Below are positions 55,762 to 64,000 of a stretch of DNA of 64,000 nt, piece by piece. Source of the stretch: Flavobacteriales bacterium (lineage in GTDB: Bacteria; Bacteroidota; Bacteroidia; Flavobacteriales_D; Parvicellaceae); contig JAYNHP010000002.1 of the NCBI GenBank assembly GCA_038108155.1, positions 1,067 to 65,066 of the forward strand. Direction: 5' to 3'. The first letter of the stretch is position 1; every line of letters starts with the position of its first letter. Under the pieces are notes generated by a model that saw only the letters and a program-made list of their open reading frames with translations, was not told the origin of the DNA and ran no database searches. The position numbers and the translations under genes were made by a program.

Positions 55762-57450
55762 TTAGTTTTTCTTAAAAGTAGCTTTACCATACTTTTTACC
55801 GTAAAGATAATCTATTACATTATTTTGAAAAACTCTAATTTTTTCTCCATCACAAGTGAGATTAGAATTATACTCTATGAGATTATTTAATAAACAATTG
55901 GTAATCTCATCACTAGTAGATAAAATCTCCGCAGGGCCAAACTCCCCCTTTTTTTGAAAAGCACAATAACCAATTTCACAATCCAATAATTTATTTTCAA
56001 TAGATTCTACAAATGATAAATCTTTTGATATAATTCCCATTGAAGAATTTTGAATCATACAATTAGAAGCCTTTAATTTGCTTTCTTCTCCGGCACTTAT
56101 AGCCTTGTCTTTAATATTTAAAAACTCACTTTCTGATATTTCTAATCTTCCACCTGAAATATCAACACCATCATTTCCGCAATTTGTAAAGCTGCAGTTT
56201 TTCATAAAACCACTACAAAAATCTGCATCAAATGCATCTGAAAATGTATTTTCTATTTTAATATTTTCTATTTTGAATTTACATCTAAATAAATTCACAG
56301 CATCTTCACTTTTTAGATCTTTAAAGTCACTATTCTCAATAGTTACTTTTCCACCATATACCGTAAATGCACTTGGTAGGCTCTGGTGATTATATTTCAA
56401 AGTGTCGTACAATGAAAATTGATTGGAAAAATCTAGGTAATTAATATTACTTGAATCCTTATTTTGAAGGATGTGAATTCCCTCTCCAGTACTATCGGAA
56501 GATGTTACTTTCACCATTTTACCAATTTCTCCGTTTATATTAATGGCACTGTAGGATAAAATACTACTAGAACTAATCAAGTCAATGGTCTCTCCTGCAT
56601 TTAAAACAACCCTAAGTCCTTTGGGAATAATAATCTTCTTTGAGATAGTGGTGTTTTTCTTTTTAAGAAAAATCGAATTCGAGTCTTTAGAATATTTAAA
56701 ATAGTTTAAAAAATCTAAGGATATTTCAGGTCTTAATATTTCAGGAACAATAGATGGAAAAACATCTATTTTCATGCCAGAAAAAATTGGTTCTAACTGA
56801 AAGGTTACTGGATTTAGATAATAATAATTAGGATTTAAATTTTTAAAATATTTTTTAGTTAGATCATTAAATTTTATCCAATCTAATACATTAAAATATT
56901 TATCATTGAGTTTATTTGTTTTGACAAGATCTTCTATTGAGTTTACAAATTTTGGATGAATGATTTCTCCTTTTGTATTTTCTACTTTTATAGAATCGTT
57001 AATTTCAATTTTTAAAATTTCACCTTCTCTCCTTGAATTGGACTCAATAAGTCTTTTTCCTATTTCTTCTTGAAATAAATAATCTTTGTTTTCAATGGTA
57101 ATTAATTTAGAATAAACTCCAATAAGATCGTTTGATTTTAAATCTTCATTAAACGCAATAATTGATCGGGCTAATTCTAAATACTTGCTATCATTAAGAG
57201 CGTATAATCTAAACTTTTTTTTCCTGTAGATTCTTTTTCCGTTTTTACAATGAAAGGAAATATATTCTTTGGTTTTAAATACTTTTACTTTGATAGTATC
57301 GCTTTCAAAATATAAATTGACCAGTTCATTATTTCCTATATTCAATATTGGTTTTTCAAATGAAAAGTTGTTGGTTACTTGGTTTTTATTTTCCTGACAA
57401 GAATTTAAAAATAAAGCTAGAAATAGAAATATGAGAATTTTATTATTCAT
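55762..57450 (-). CDS. lipoprotein with C-terminal right-handed parallel beta-helix repeats
   Basis: Lipobox (LFLNSC). The C-terminal ~230 aa contain repeated short beta-helix turns (NCSFTNCGNDGVDISGGRLEISESEFLNIKDKAISAGEESKLKASNCMIQNSSMGII...). The ATG at 57450 is preferred to the TTG at 57465. Confidence 0.6.
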   Translation of the reverse strand: MNNKILIFLFLALFLNSCQENKNQVTNNFSFEKPILNIGNNELVNLYFESDTIKVKVFKTKEYISFHCKNGKRIYRKKKFRLYALNDSKYLELARSIIAFNEDLKSNDLIGVYSKLITIENKDYLFQEEIGKRLIESNSRREGEILKIEINDSIKVENTKGEIIHPKFVNSIEDLVKTNKLNDKYFNVLDWIKFNDLTKKYFKNLNPNYYYLNPVTFQLEPIFSGMKIDVFPSIVPEILRPEISLDFLNYFKYSKDSNSIFLKKKNTTISKKIIIPKGLRVVLNAGETIDLISSSSILSYSAININGEIGKMVKVTSSDSTGEGIHILQNKDSSNINYLDFSNQFSLYDTLKYNHQSLPSAFTVYGGKVTIENSDFKDLKSEDAVNLFRCKFKIENIKIENTFSDAFDADFCSGFMKNCSFTNCGNDGVDISGGRLEISESEFLNIKDKAISAGEESKLKASNCMIQNSSMGIISKDLSFVESIENKLLDCEIGYCAFQKKGEFGPAEILSTSDEITNCLLNNLIEYNSNLTCDGEKIRVFQNNVIDYLYGKKYGKATFKKN

Positions 57451-57503
57451 TTGATTATGTAACAATTGATAATTTTTCCAAACAAAACTTTACAAATGTA
57501 AAA

Positions 57504-58874
57504 TTACTTTGAGATTAATTGCATACTAGATATATCTATTTGGTATAAATCTGTATCTCCCATATTTTCGATATTATAATAGCCACCAACATAAGCTGTA
57601 TTACCATCTTTTGAAATACATATTGTTTTTTCCTCCATAGTGGTATTAATAGGGCTTCCTATGTTAATAGGTGAACTCCAATTTTCATGACCGCCGGTAC
57701 AATAGTATATATCGTAACTTCCAACACTTTGTTTTCTTCCATTTGATGTAAAGAAAAGTAAGTTTCCACTTGGGTGAATAAAAACACATTTTTCATCTCC
57801 CGGAGTATTAATTTCGTTCCCTAGGTGAATTGGTTCTGAATAAGTTTTATTAGTTTTTTTAACATAGTATATATCTGTTTTGCCTAAACCAGTTGGTCTT
57901 TCAGAAACAAAATATATGTAAGATTCATCCTCTGTAATACTAGCAGAACTTTCGAAATAGGAGCTATTTATTTTGTTGCTGATTTTTTTGTCTTTATTTA
58001 AAATTGGTTTTGGTGAAGACCAACTACCAGATTTTGTGTACGCAGCTTCGTATATATCTCCACTTCTAGTTAAATATGGAATATTTCTATAAATTATTAT
58101 TGAATTATCAGCTTTGAAACTTAAAGAGGCATCGTGAAAATCAGTATTTATTTTTCCCAATTTATTGGATGGATTTAACCACTTTTCCCCAATACTGTCC
58201 CATTTAGATAAGTATATATCTGAAAAATACTGATGGTCAAAATACTGATCAACATTTCCTCCTTTGGTATCAGCTCTTCTGGAGGTGAACATTAAATATT
58301 TTCCGTTATTGCTCAACGAAGGTGCAAAATCAGATCCTTTTGAATTAAGGACTGGACCCATATTTGAAATAATTATTTTATTATTTGTTTTCTTCAACTC
58401 TAACTCTGCAAAAGCCAATTGACTAATTTTTAAATCTATCGAGTAGTCTTTAATTTTTTGTTTGGATTTTATTTCAGAAACAAATTTTTCATAACTGGTT
58501 TTAGACTTTTTTAATTCTTCTAGTCTAAAGTAAATTTCTCCCATTAAATAATATAAATCTTCATCTACTTTTGGATCGTTCTTTTCTGCAATTTCTGCAT
58601 GGTATTTTGCCTTTTTGTAGTCATGTAATTTGTAATAACATCTCGAAATTCCAAAATGAGCTTTTGCGCTTGAGGGATTTAAAGCAATAATTTCTTTATA
58701 ATTTAAAAGTGCAGTTTTAATATTACCTTGTAAATAAAGTTGTTTTGTTTCTGTAAGTTTTATTTGAGATTTAGTTTTGTTTAAAAGACCTTCCTCCTGA
58801 GATAAAGCAGATTTTACATTGAATATTACAAGAAACAATAGAACTAACTTGAAAATAAATTTTTGGTGTTTCAT
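57504..58874 (-). CDS. exported TPR plus PD40 (TolB-like beta-propeller) repeat protein
   Basis: Signal peptide, N-terminal TPR-like helices (YKEIIALNPSSAKAHFGISRCYYKLHDYKKAKYHAE) and repeated PD40-like units (GSDFAPSLSNNGKYLMFTS, ESSASITEDESYIYFVSE, DEKCVFIHPSGNLLFFTS). Confidence 0.65.
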   Translation of the reverse strand: MKHQKFIFKLVLLFLVIFNVKSALSQEEGLLNKTKSQIKLTETKQLYLQGNIKTALLNYKEIIALNPSSAKAHFGISRCYYKLHDYKKAKYHAEIAEKNDPKVDEDLYYLMGEIYFRLEELKKSKTSYEKFVSEIKSKQKIKDYSIDLKISQLAFAELELKKTNNKIIISNMGPVLNSKGSDFAPSLSNNGKYLMFTSRRADTKGGNVDQYFDHQYFSDIYLSKWDSIGEKWLNPSNKLGKINTDFHDASLSFKADNSIIIYRNIPYLTRSGDIYEAAYTKSGSWSSPKPILNKDKKISNKINSSYFESSASITEDESYIYFVSERPTGLGKTDIYYVKKTNKTYSEPIHLGNEINTPGDEKCVFIHPSGNLLFFTSNGRKQSVGSYDIYYCTGGHENWSSPINIGSPINTTMEEKTICISKDGNTAYVGGYYNIENMGDTDLYQIDISSMQLISK

Positions 58875-58974
58875 AAGAAATATGTTTTCTAAAATTAAAT
58901 AAATATAATGGTATTGTCATAATTTTACTTTACTATCCACCATATTGTTAAATTTACAGTATTAAATAATAGAT

Positions 58975-60318
58975 ATGTCCAATTATTCTTTGAATGCCAT
59001 AAGCCCTATTGACGGAAGATACTTTGATAAAACAAAGGTCCTTAGTTCTTTTTTTTCTGAGTCCTCCTTGATTCGCTATAGAGTAAAAGTTGAAATTGAA
59101 TACTTTATATCCTTATGTGAATTACCTCTTCCACAATTAAAAAATTTTGACAGTAACCTTTTTCAAACCTTAAGATCTTATTACGAGAGTTTTGATGATA
59201 GCGATGCTCAAAGAGTAAAAGATATTGAATCTACAACCAATCACGATGTGAAAGCTGTGGAGTATTTTATTAAGGAAAGAATGGATAAAGATGGTATTGG
59301 TGATGCTAAGGAGTTTGTCCATTTTGGACTTACTTCTCAAGATATTAATAATACTGCTATTCCAATGAGTATAAAGGATGCATTAGAAAATATATATCAA
59401 CCAGCAATTGATAGTCTTATCAAGAATCTAGAAATACTTTCCAATCAGTGGTCCTCGATCCCAATGTTGGCTAAAACCCATGGTCAGCCAGCATCTCCTA
59501 CCAATTTGGGCAAAGAAATTTATGTATTTGTTGAAAGATTAAATCAACAGTTAGAGACCCTAAAGTCCATAATCCATGCTGGAAAATTTGGAGGAGCAAC
59601 TGGAAATTTTAATGCCCATCATGTTGCTTATCCGTCCATAGATTGGAAAAAATTTGCCAACGATTTCTTAGCAGATAAATTAAAATTGGTAAGATCCCAA
59701 ACAACCACCCAAATTGAACATTATGATCACTTGGCATCTTTATTTGATGTCGTTAAAAGAATAAATACAATAATATTGGACTTAAATAGAGATATGTGGA
59801 CCTATATTTCTATGGATTATTTTAAACAGAAAATTAAAAAAGGAGAAATTGGATCTTCTGCCATGCCTCATAAGGTGAATCCTATTGACTTTGAGAATTC
59901 TGAAGGAAATATTGGTATTGCCAATGCGATTTTAGAGCATTTAAGCGCAAAACTGCCAGTAAGTAGACTACAAAGAGATTTAACAGACAGTACAGTTCTT
60001 AGAAATATTGGTGTCCCTTTTTCACATGGACTAATTGCAATTTTATCTACCCAAAAAGGATTGGATAAGCTTCTTTTAAATAACGTTGCTATTGAAAAAG
60101 ATTTAGAAAATAATTGGGCTGTAGTTGCAGAAGCAATTCAAACTATTTTAAGAAGAGAGGGAGTTGAAAATCCTTACGAATTATTGAAAAATCTAACAAG
60201 GAAAAATGAGAAAATCACCCAAAAATCATTGAGAAATTTTATAGATAATTTGGATGTTTCTGAAGATTTAAAAACAGAGTTGAATCAAATAACTCCCTTC
60301 AATTACACAGGTATATAA
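58975..60318 (+). CDS. purB: adenylosuccinate lyase
   Basis: Fumarate-lyase signature GSSAMPHKVNP plus TSQDINNTA. 447 aa. Confidence 0.96.
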   Translation: MSNYSLNAISPIDGRYFDKTKVLSSFFSESSLIRYRVKVEIEYFISLCELPLPQLKNFDSNLFQTLRSYYESFDDSDAQRVKDIESTTNHDVKAVEYFIKERMDKDGIGDAKEFVHFGLTSQDINNTAIPMSIKDALENIYQPAIDSLIKNLEILSNQWSSIPMLAKTHGQPASPTNLGKEIYVFVERLNQQLETLKSIIHAGKFGGATGNFNAHHVAYPSIDWKKFANDFLADKLKLVRSQTTTQIEHYDHLASLFDVVKRINTIILDLNRDMWTYISMDYFKQKIKKGEIGSSAMPHKVNPIDFENSEGNIGIANAILEHLSAKLPVSRLQRDLTDSTVLRNIGVPFSHGLIAILSTQKGLDKLLLNNVAIEKDLENNWAVVAEAIQTILRREGVENPYELLKNLTRKNEKITQKSLRNFIDNLDVSEDLKTELNQITPFNYTGI

Positions 60319-60327
60319 TTTTAATAA

Positions 60328-61014
60328 TTAAAGTTTCATTATTGTCACTGCTGCTATACAAGCAGTTTCAGTTCTCAGTCTATTGTTTCCAAGACTAACC
60401 ATGTTGTATTTATTTACTTTTGCAAGTTCAATTTCCTCATATGTAAAATCTCCTTCGGGGCCTATGACTATAACTTGTGATTCTAAAGAGTTTGAAATTG
60501 TTTTTAATTGAATTTTGTCTTCTTTTTTGCAATGAGCTAGAAACTTTAATTTGCAAGAGTTTTTTTCAATAAAGTGGTTAAATTTTTCGACAGGATGAAT
60601 TGTTGGTAACCAAAACCTTTGTGACTGTTTAATAGTAGAAATTAAAACCTTTTCGAACCTTTCTATATTCCATTTTCTTCTTTCAGAATTTTGTGAAATA
60701 AGTGGAAAAAAGTCAGTAACACCAATTTCTGTAGCTTTTTCGATTATTAATTTATTTCTATCGTTATTTTTTGTTGGACAAAATGCTAGAGTTAATGGAA
60801 CAGGCTTTTTAAACTCTTTAAGCTTATGGATTTTTATTTTTATTTTTTTGGTGCTAGAGTCGATAATTTCTCCTTCACCATACAATCCATTACCATTAAT
60901 AATTGATAAATCATCTTTGTTCTTCATTCTTAAAACTTTAATGGCATGTCGAGATTCACTTTCGGTCAAAAAGCATATTCCATTTTCAATACTATCTGTT
61001 AAAAAAGTTGTCAC
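60328..61014 (-). CDS. rsmE: 16S rRNA (uracil1498-N3)-methyltransferase
   Basis: 228 aa with an N-terminal PUA-like region (ESRHAIKVLRMK) and a C-terminal SPOUT knot (IGPEGDFT..E.......LG...LR.ETA). Confidence 0.88.
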   Translation of the reverse strand: MTTFLTDSIENGICFLTESESRHAIKVLRMKNKDDLSIINGNGLYGEGEIIDSSTKKIKIKIHKLKEFKKPVPLTLAFCPTKNNDRNKLIIEKATEIGVTDFFPLISQNSERRKWNIERFEKVLISTIKQSQRFWLPTIHPVEKFNHFIEKNSCKLKFLAHCKKEDKIQLKTISNSLESQVIVIGPEGDFTYEEIELAKVNKYNMVSLGNNRLRTETACIAAVTIMKL

Positions 61015-61119
61015 TCCGTTATCATTTTAAGAATAATTCAATGTAAATATTTAAAATTGAAAAAAAATAATGTAATTTAGAATCAACTAATAACAAAATT
61101 AATAATCAAAACATATACC

Positions 61120-61686
61120 ATGAATTTTTTTAAATATCTTTTTTCAATTACGTTAGTTCTTACTTTTTTAACCATTAATGCTCAGACAAAAAAAATAGAA
61201 GATGTTGAATTTAGTTCTGTTCAAGAAATTAATGGTGAAGAAACTGTTTTAAATGGAGGGGGGTTAAGAGAAAAGTATGGATTTATGGATTTGTATGTTG
61301 GTGGACTATACATAAATAAAAAATCATCAGATGCAAATAAAATCATTATGGCTGATGAAAATATGGGAATTAGAATTGTTATTGTTTCTAGTTTAGTTAC
61401 AAGAGAAAGATTTATCGAAGCTTTGGAAGAGGGTTTTGTAAATACAACCGCAGGAAAATCATCTCCATCAGATCTAGAAAAGTTTAAAAAATTCCTAAGT
61501 GATCCTTTTATTGAGGGAGACGAAATTGTTCTTAATTACCATAAAGGCGAAGCAGTTCATTTATACAAAAACAATAAAGAAAGAGGAACTTTTGATGGTC
61601 TAGAGTTTAAACAAGCACTTTTTGGTATTTGGCTCGGTGGAAACCCTGCAGATGATAGTCTTAAAGAAGAAATGTTAGGACTTTAA
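61120..61686 (+). CDS. chalcone-isomerase-like family exported protein
   Basis: Signal peptide followed by LNGGGLREKYGFMDLYVGGLYI...ALFGIWLG, typical of bacterial chalcone-isomerase-like proteins. Confidence 0.65.
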   Translation: MNFFKYLFSITLVLTFLTINAQTKKIEDVEFSSVQEINGEETVLNGGGLREKYGFMDLYVGGLYINKKSSDANKIIMADENMGIRIVIVSSLVTRERFIEALEEGFVNTTAGKSSPSDLEKFKKFLSDPFIEGDEIVLNYHKGEAVHLYKNNKERGTFDGLEFKQALFGIWLGGNPADDSLKEEMLGL

Positions 61687-61690
61687 TTAG

Positions 61691-62527
61691 TTATTTTACT
61701 GCTTTTAAACTCAAGTCCATATTATTGACAGAGTGAGTCAAAGCTCCAACAGAAATATAGTCAACACCACACATTGCATAGTTTTTTATTGTATCTAAAT
61801 TTATACCACCGGAGGCTTCAGTTTCATATAGGCCATTGATTAATTCAACTCCTGTTTTTAAATCTTGATAGTTAAAATTATCCATCATTATTCTATGCAC
61901 ATTTCCACACTCTAAAACTTGTCTGACTTCTTCTAAATTTCTAGTTTCAATTTCAATTTTTATATCCAATTTTTTTTCATTTAAATAGTTATTGGTTTTT
62001 TCAATTGCTTGTTGGATTCCACCTGCAAAATCTATGTGGTTATCTTTTAACATAACCATATCGTAAAGTCCAAATCTATGGTTGAAACCACCTCCTATTT
62101 TAACAGCTTCTTTTTCTAGAAACCTGTTTAAAGGGGTAGTTTTTCTTGTGTCTAAAATTTTACAATTCAAACCCTTTAGTTTTTCAACATATTTATTAGT
62201 CAAAGTTGAAATGGCACTCATTCTTTGCATTACATTTAAAACCAATCTTTCAATAGTTAATATAGAACCAGATTTCCCACTAACAATAAAAGCAATATCT
62301 CCAATAGATACCTTTTGTCCGTCCTTTAGAATACTTTTAAAATCAATAGTTGGATCGTAGCAATTAAATATTTCTTTAGCTAAATTAATTCCAGAAATTA
62401 TTCCATTTTCTTTTACTAGCAGCTTTGCTGAACCTTTACTACTTTTTGGTATACAAGAAAGGGTAGAGTGATCCCCTTTTTTAACATCTTCTTGAATTGC
62501 TAATTTTACAAATTGATTTATTTCCAT
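61691..62527 (-). CDS. nadC: nicotinate-nucleotide diphosphorylase (carboxylating)
   Basis: 278 aa with DTRKTTP, DMVMLKDNH, IEIE, MMDNF, ASGGI and ISVGALTHS. Confidence 0.93.
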   Translation of the reverse strand: MEINQFVKLAIQEDVKKGDHSTLSCIPKSSKGSAKLLVKENGIISGINLAKEIFNCYDPTIDFKSILKDGQKVSIGDIAFIVSGKSGSILTIERLVLNVMQRMSAISTLTNKYVEKLKGLNCKILDTRKTTPLNRFLEKEAVKIGGGFNHRFGLYDMVMLKDNHIDFAGGIQQAIEKTNNYLNEKKLDIKIEIETRNLEEVRQVLECGNVHRIMMDNFNYQDLKTGVELINGLYETEASGGINLDTIKNYAMCGVDYISVGALTHSVNNMDLSLKAVK

Positions 62528-62530
62528 AAT

Positions 62531-63999
62531 TTAAAGTTTAGAAATATTTTTAAAATATTGAGTCATATTTTTTTTAAAATTTTCAGGCCTATTAAGACAA
62601 AATTTTTCTATAACATTTAATCCCTTTTTATATTTTTTTGTTCCACTTTCATAACCCCATCTATTGTAATGTTCTTTAACCATTGGGGAAAATGATTTTT
62701 TAAATTCTATAAAATGGGCCATTAAGTTTTCAGATGAAAGTTCATTTTCAAGAAGGTAATTAACTCTTTTAGTAAACAATATCTCGAACTCAGTTTGCTT
62801 TAGCAAATAATTAATTAATTCTCCTCCTAAAGCTGGAGACCAATCTCTTTGGACATAATCAAACATATTAAATTTTGGACTTCCAACACTTGCATCCATA
62901 TCTATCAAAACAGCATTCCAAGGCTTTTTGCCTTTTCTTTTTTTCCAAAAAAAAGTATTGTTGCAAGGCCAGTCATTATTTTGAAAAAATAGTTCAATTA
63001 TGAACCAATCTACAATAGAGCTCATATTGAAATTTTTTGCAATTTTTTCATAATCAGTTTTTGGGTTTTTCTTTATTTCAAGAAGTAGACTATTCAAATC
63101 TCCGTATCCCTTTTTTTTAGAATATCCCTTATCATCTGCATCAACTAATTTTTTTACTTTTATTTTATATTTATTAGAAATTGCCTTTAAGTCCATTCTT
63201 TCTCTTAATCCATGGATTCCCCAGTACTCTCCATTTAAATAGACCAAAACAGGTTTGTAGCTCATTACATCTACATTTAAATTTTCACATACTTTAGAAA
63301 TCCAACCATCGACAAATATTTCGTTTCCCCAACCTGAAAAAGAAGATCTCAAAATAATTTTATCAATTTCATGATTTACCTCTAAAAGAGTATTTACTTT
63401 GTTTTTTTGATTGATATAAAATCTAAGGCTTTTTTGGGGAGCTAAGGGAGTAATATATCCATGAATTCTAAAAGGAAAGCTGCCCTTTAAAAATATTTCA
63501 TTTTTGTTAAATATTTCAATCTCTCCAGCTTGTTTTCTCTTTTTAAACTTGTAGAAATTTCCAGATGTTTGGTCTTTTTCTTTAACGAAACTATTTCCTG
63601 GAACATAGCATCCTTCTTCAGGATCAAATAGAGTTTTGGAATCTACTTTTAAATTTACTACTGAAAAATTAAGTTCAGATTTTAACCCCAATAAATAATT
63701 ATATATAGAAGAATCCACAACTATATTATTTTTTAGTGCAATCACTTTAACTTGATGAAAAGAAGAAAATTCACCAATAGGTGCTTTCCAATTATTTACA
63801 TATTTACTGTAGTTTTCAATTGCTGTTGGTATCTTAATGAGTTTTGGAACTAATTTTTTTAAATGGTAAGTTATTTCATTAGATCCTGTAATTGTGTCCA
63901 GATTGTAAATCAATTTTAAATTTAAGTCACTCCCGGTTTTGAATGTAACTAAAATAGAATCTTCACTGTAGCTTCCAGAAATATAATTGCTTGATATTG
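62531..63999 (-). CDS. CotH kinase-like family protein (5' end outside window)
   Basis: Core motif VLVYLNGEYWGIHGLRERMD. The frame stays open upstream of the TTG at 63913 to the window edge (TISSNYISGSYSEDSILVTFKTGSDLNLK...). Confidence 0.75.
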   Translation of the reverse strand, partial: ISSNYISGSYSEDSILVTFKTGSDLNLKLIYNLDTITGSNEITYHLKKLVPKLIKIPTAIENYSKYVNNWKAPIGEFSSFHQVKVIALKNNIVVDSSIYNYLLGLKSELNFSVVNLKVDSKTLFDPEEGCYVPGNSFVKEKDQTSGNFYKFKKRKQAGEIEIFNKNEIFLKGSFPFRIHGYITPLAPQKSLRFYINQKNKVNTLLEVNHEIDKIILRSSFSGWGNEIFVDGWISKVCENLNVDVMSYKPVLVYLNGEYWGIHGLRERMDLKAISNKYKIKVKKLVDADDKGYSKKKGYGDLNSLLLEIKKNPKTDYEKIAKNFNMSSIVDWFIIELFFQNNDWPCNNTFFWKKRKGKKPWNAVLIDMDASVGSPKFNMFDYVQRDWSPALGGELINYLLKQTEFEILFTKRVNYLLENELSSENLMAHFIEFKKSFSPMVKEHYNRWGYESGTKKYKKGLNVIEKFCLNRPENFKKNMTQYFKNISKL

Positions 64000-64000
64000 T

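Noticed and set aside
50776-56389. Plus-strand ORFs of 100-113 aa at 50776..51087, 53007..53348, 54952..55260 and 56078..56389.
   Set aside because: Each is fully embedded antisense in a minus-strand gene with family-level support (DUF4197, OMP-like, VTC/DUF4956, beta-helix lipoprotein).
19507-57465. TTG-extended N-termini in the ORF track (19515, 20247, 20515, 22215, 42866, 57465).
   Set aside because: In each case an ATG a few codons downstream gives a standard signal-peptide or HAD N-terminus (MKK..., MNNK..., MEIKHLFFDLD). I used the ATG, but the true start is unverified.
1-63999. A search for CRISPR arrays, tandem or long direct repeats, IS elements, and phage, toxin-antitoxin or defence genes.
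   Set aside because: Reading the spacers and ORF translations turned up none. All spacers are 172 nt or shorter and non-repetitive by eye. A computational repeat search was not possible.

Overview
The window is an AT-rich, very gene-dense chromosomal segment. Summing the gaps between the ORFs I accept gives about 1.85 kb of intergenic DNA in 64 kb, so roughly 97% is coding. It is most likely from a streamlined member of the Bacteroidota, probably Flavobacteriia. Supporting signs are a T9SS C-terminal sorting domain, TTTG/TAnnTTTG promoter boxes, DUF1573/DUF3108/DUF4197/GH109-like families and an archaeal-type ProRS.

The content is mostly housekeeping:
- Central and nucleotide metabolism: carB (5' partial), gap, acnB, ahcY, lipA, purB, nadC, upp, two nucleoside phosphorylases and a proline dehydrogenase.
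- Translation and RNA modification: proS, gatB, tgt, rsmG, rsmE, rpsT and tRNA-Glu(UUC).
- Envelope: lpxH, lpxK, an LptF/G-type permease, an Omp85-like protein, wecB, three glycosyltransferases and a YfhO-like membrane protein.
- DNA repair: ung.
- Exported proteins: an S41 peptidase, an M1 peptidase, a TlpA-like thioredoxin and a 1018-aa BNR-repeat T9SS cargo.

I found no rRNA, CRISPR array, transposase, integrase, phage genes or recognisable defence genes.

The most unusual block is a co-directional cluster at 53.8-58.9 kb. It encodes a TPR/PD40 protein, a beta-helix lipoprotein, a VTC (polyphosphate-polymerase-like) domain protein, a DUF4956 membrane protein and a lipoprotein-type inorganic pyrophosphatase. 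A CotH kinase-like gene lies about 5 kb away at the window edge. I read this as a candidate uncharacterised extracytoplasmic polyphosphate/phosphoryl module.

Other points worth a second look:
- gatB is broken by a +1 frameshift in a homopolymer run.
- lpxH has no canonical start codon; its likely ATA start sits in an ATAA start/stop overlap.
- Tgt and a DUF164 'zinc-ribbon' protein have both lost their zinc-binding cysteines.
- All seven convergent gene junctions leave 10 nt or less between genes, and three share overlapping stop codons.

All family assignments come from motif recognition by eye. No database search was run.
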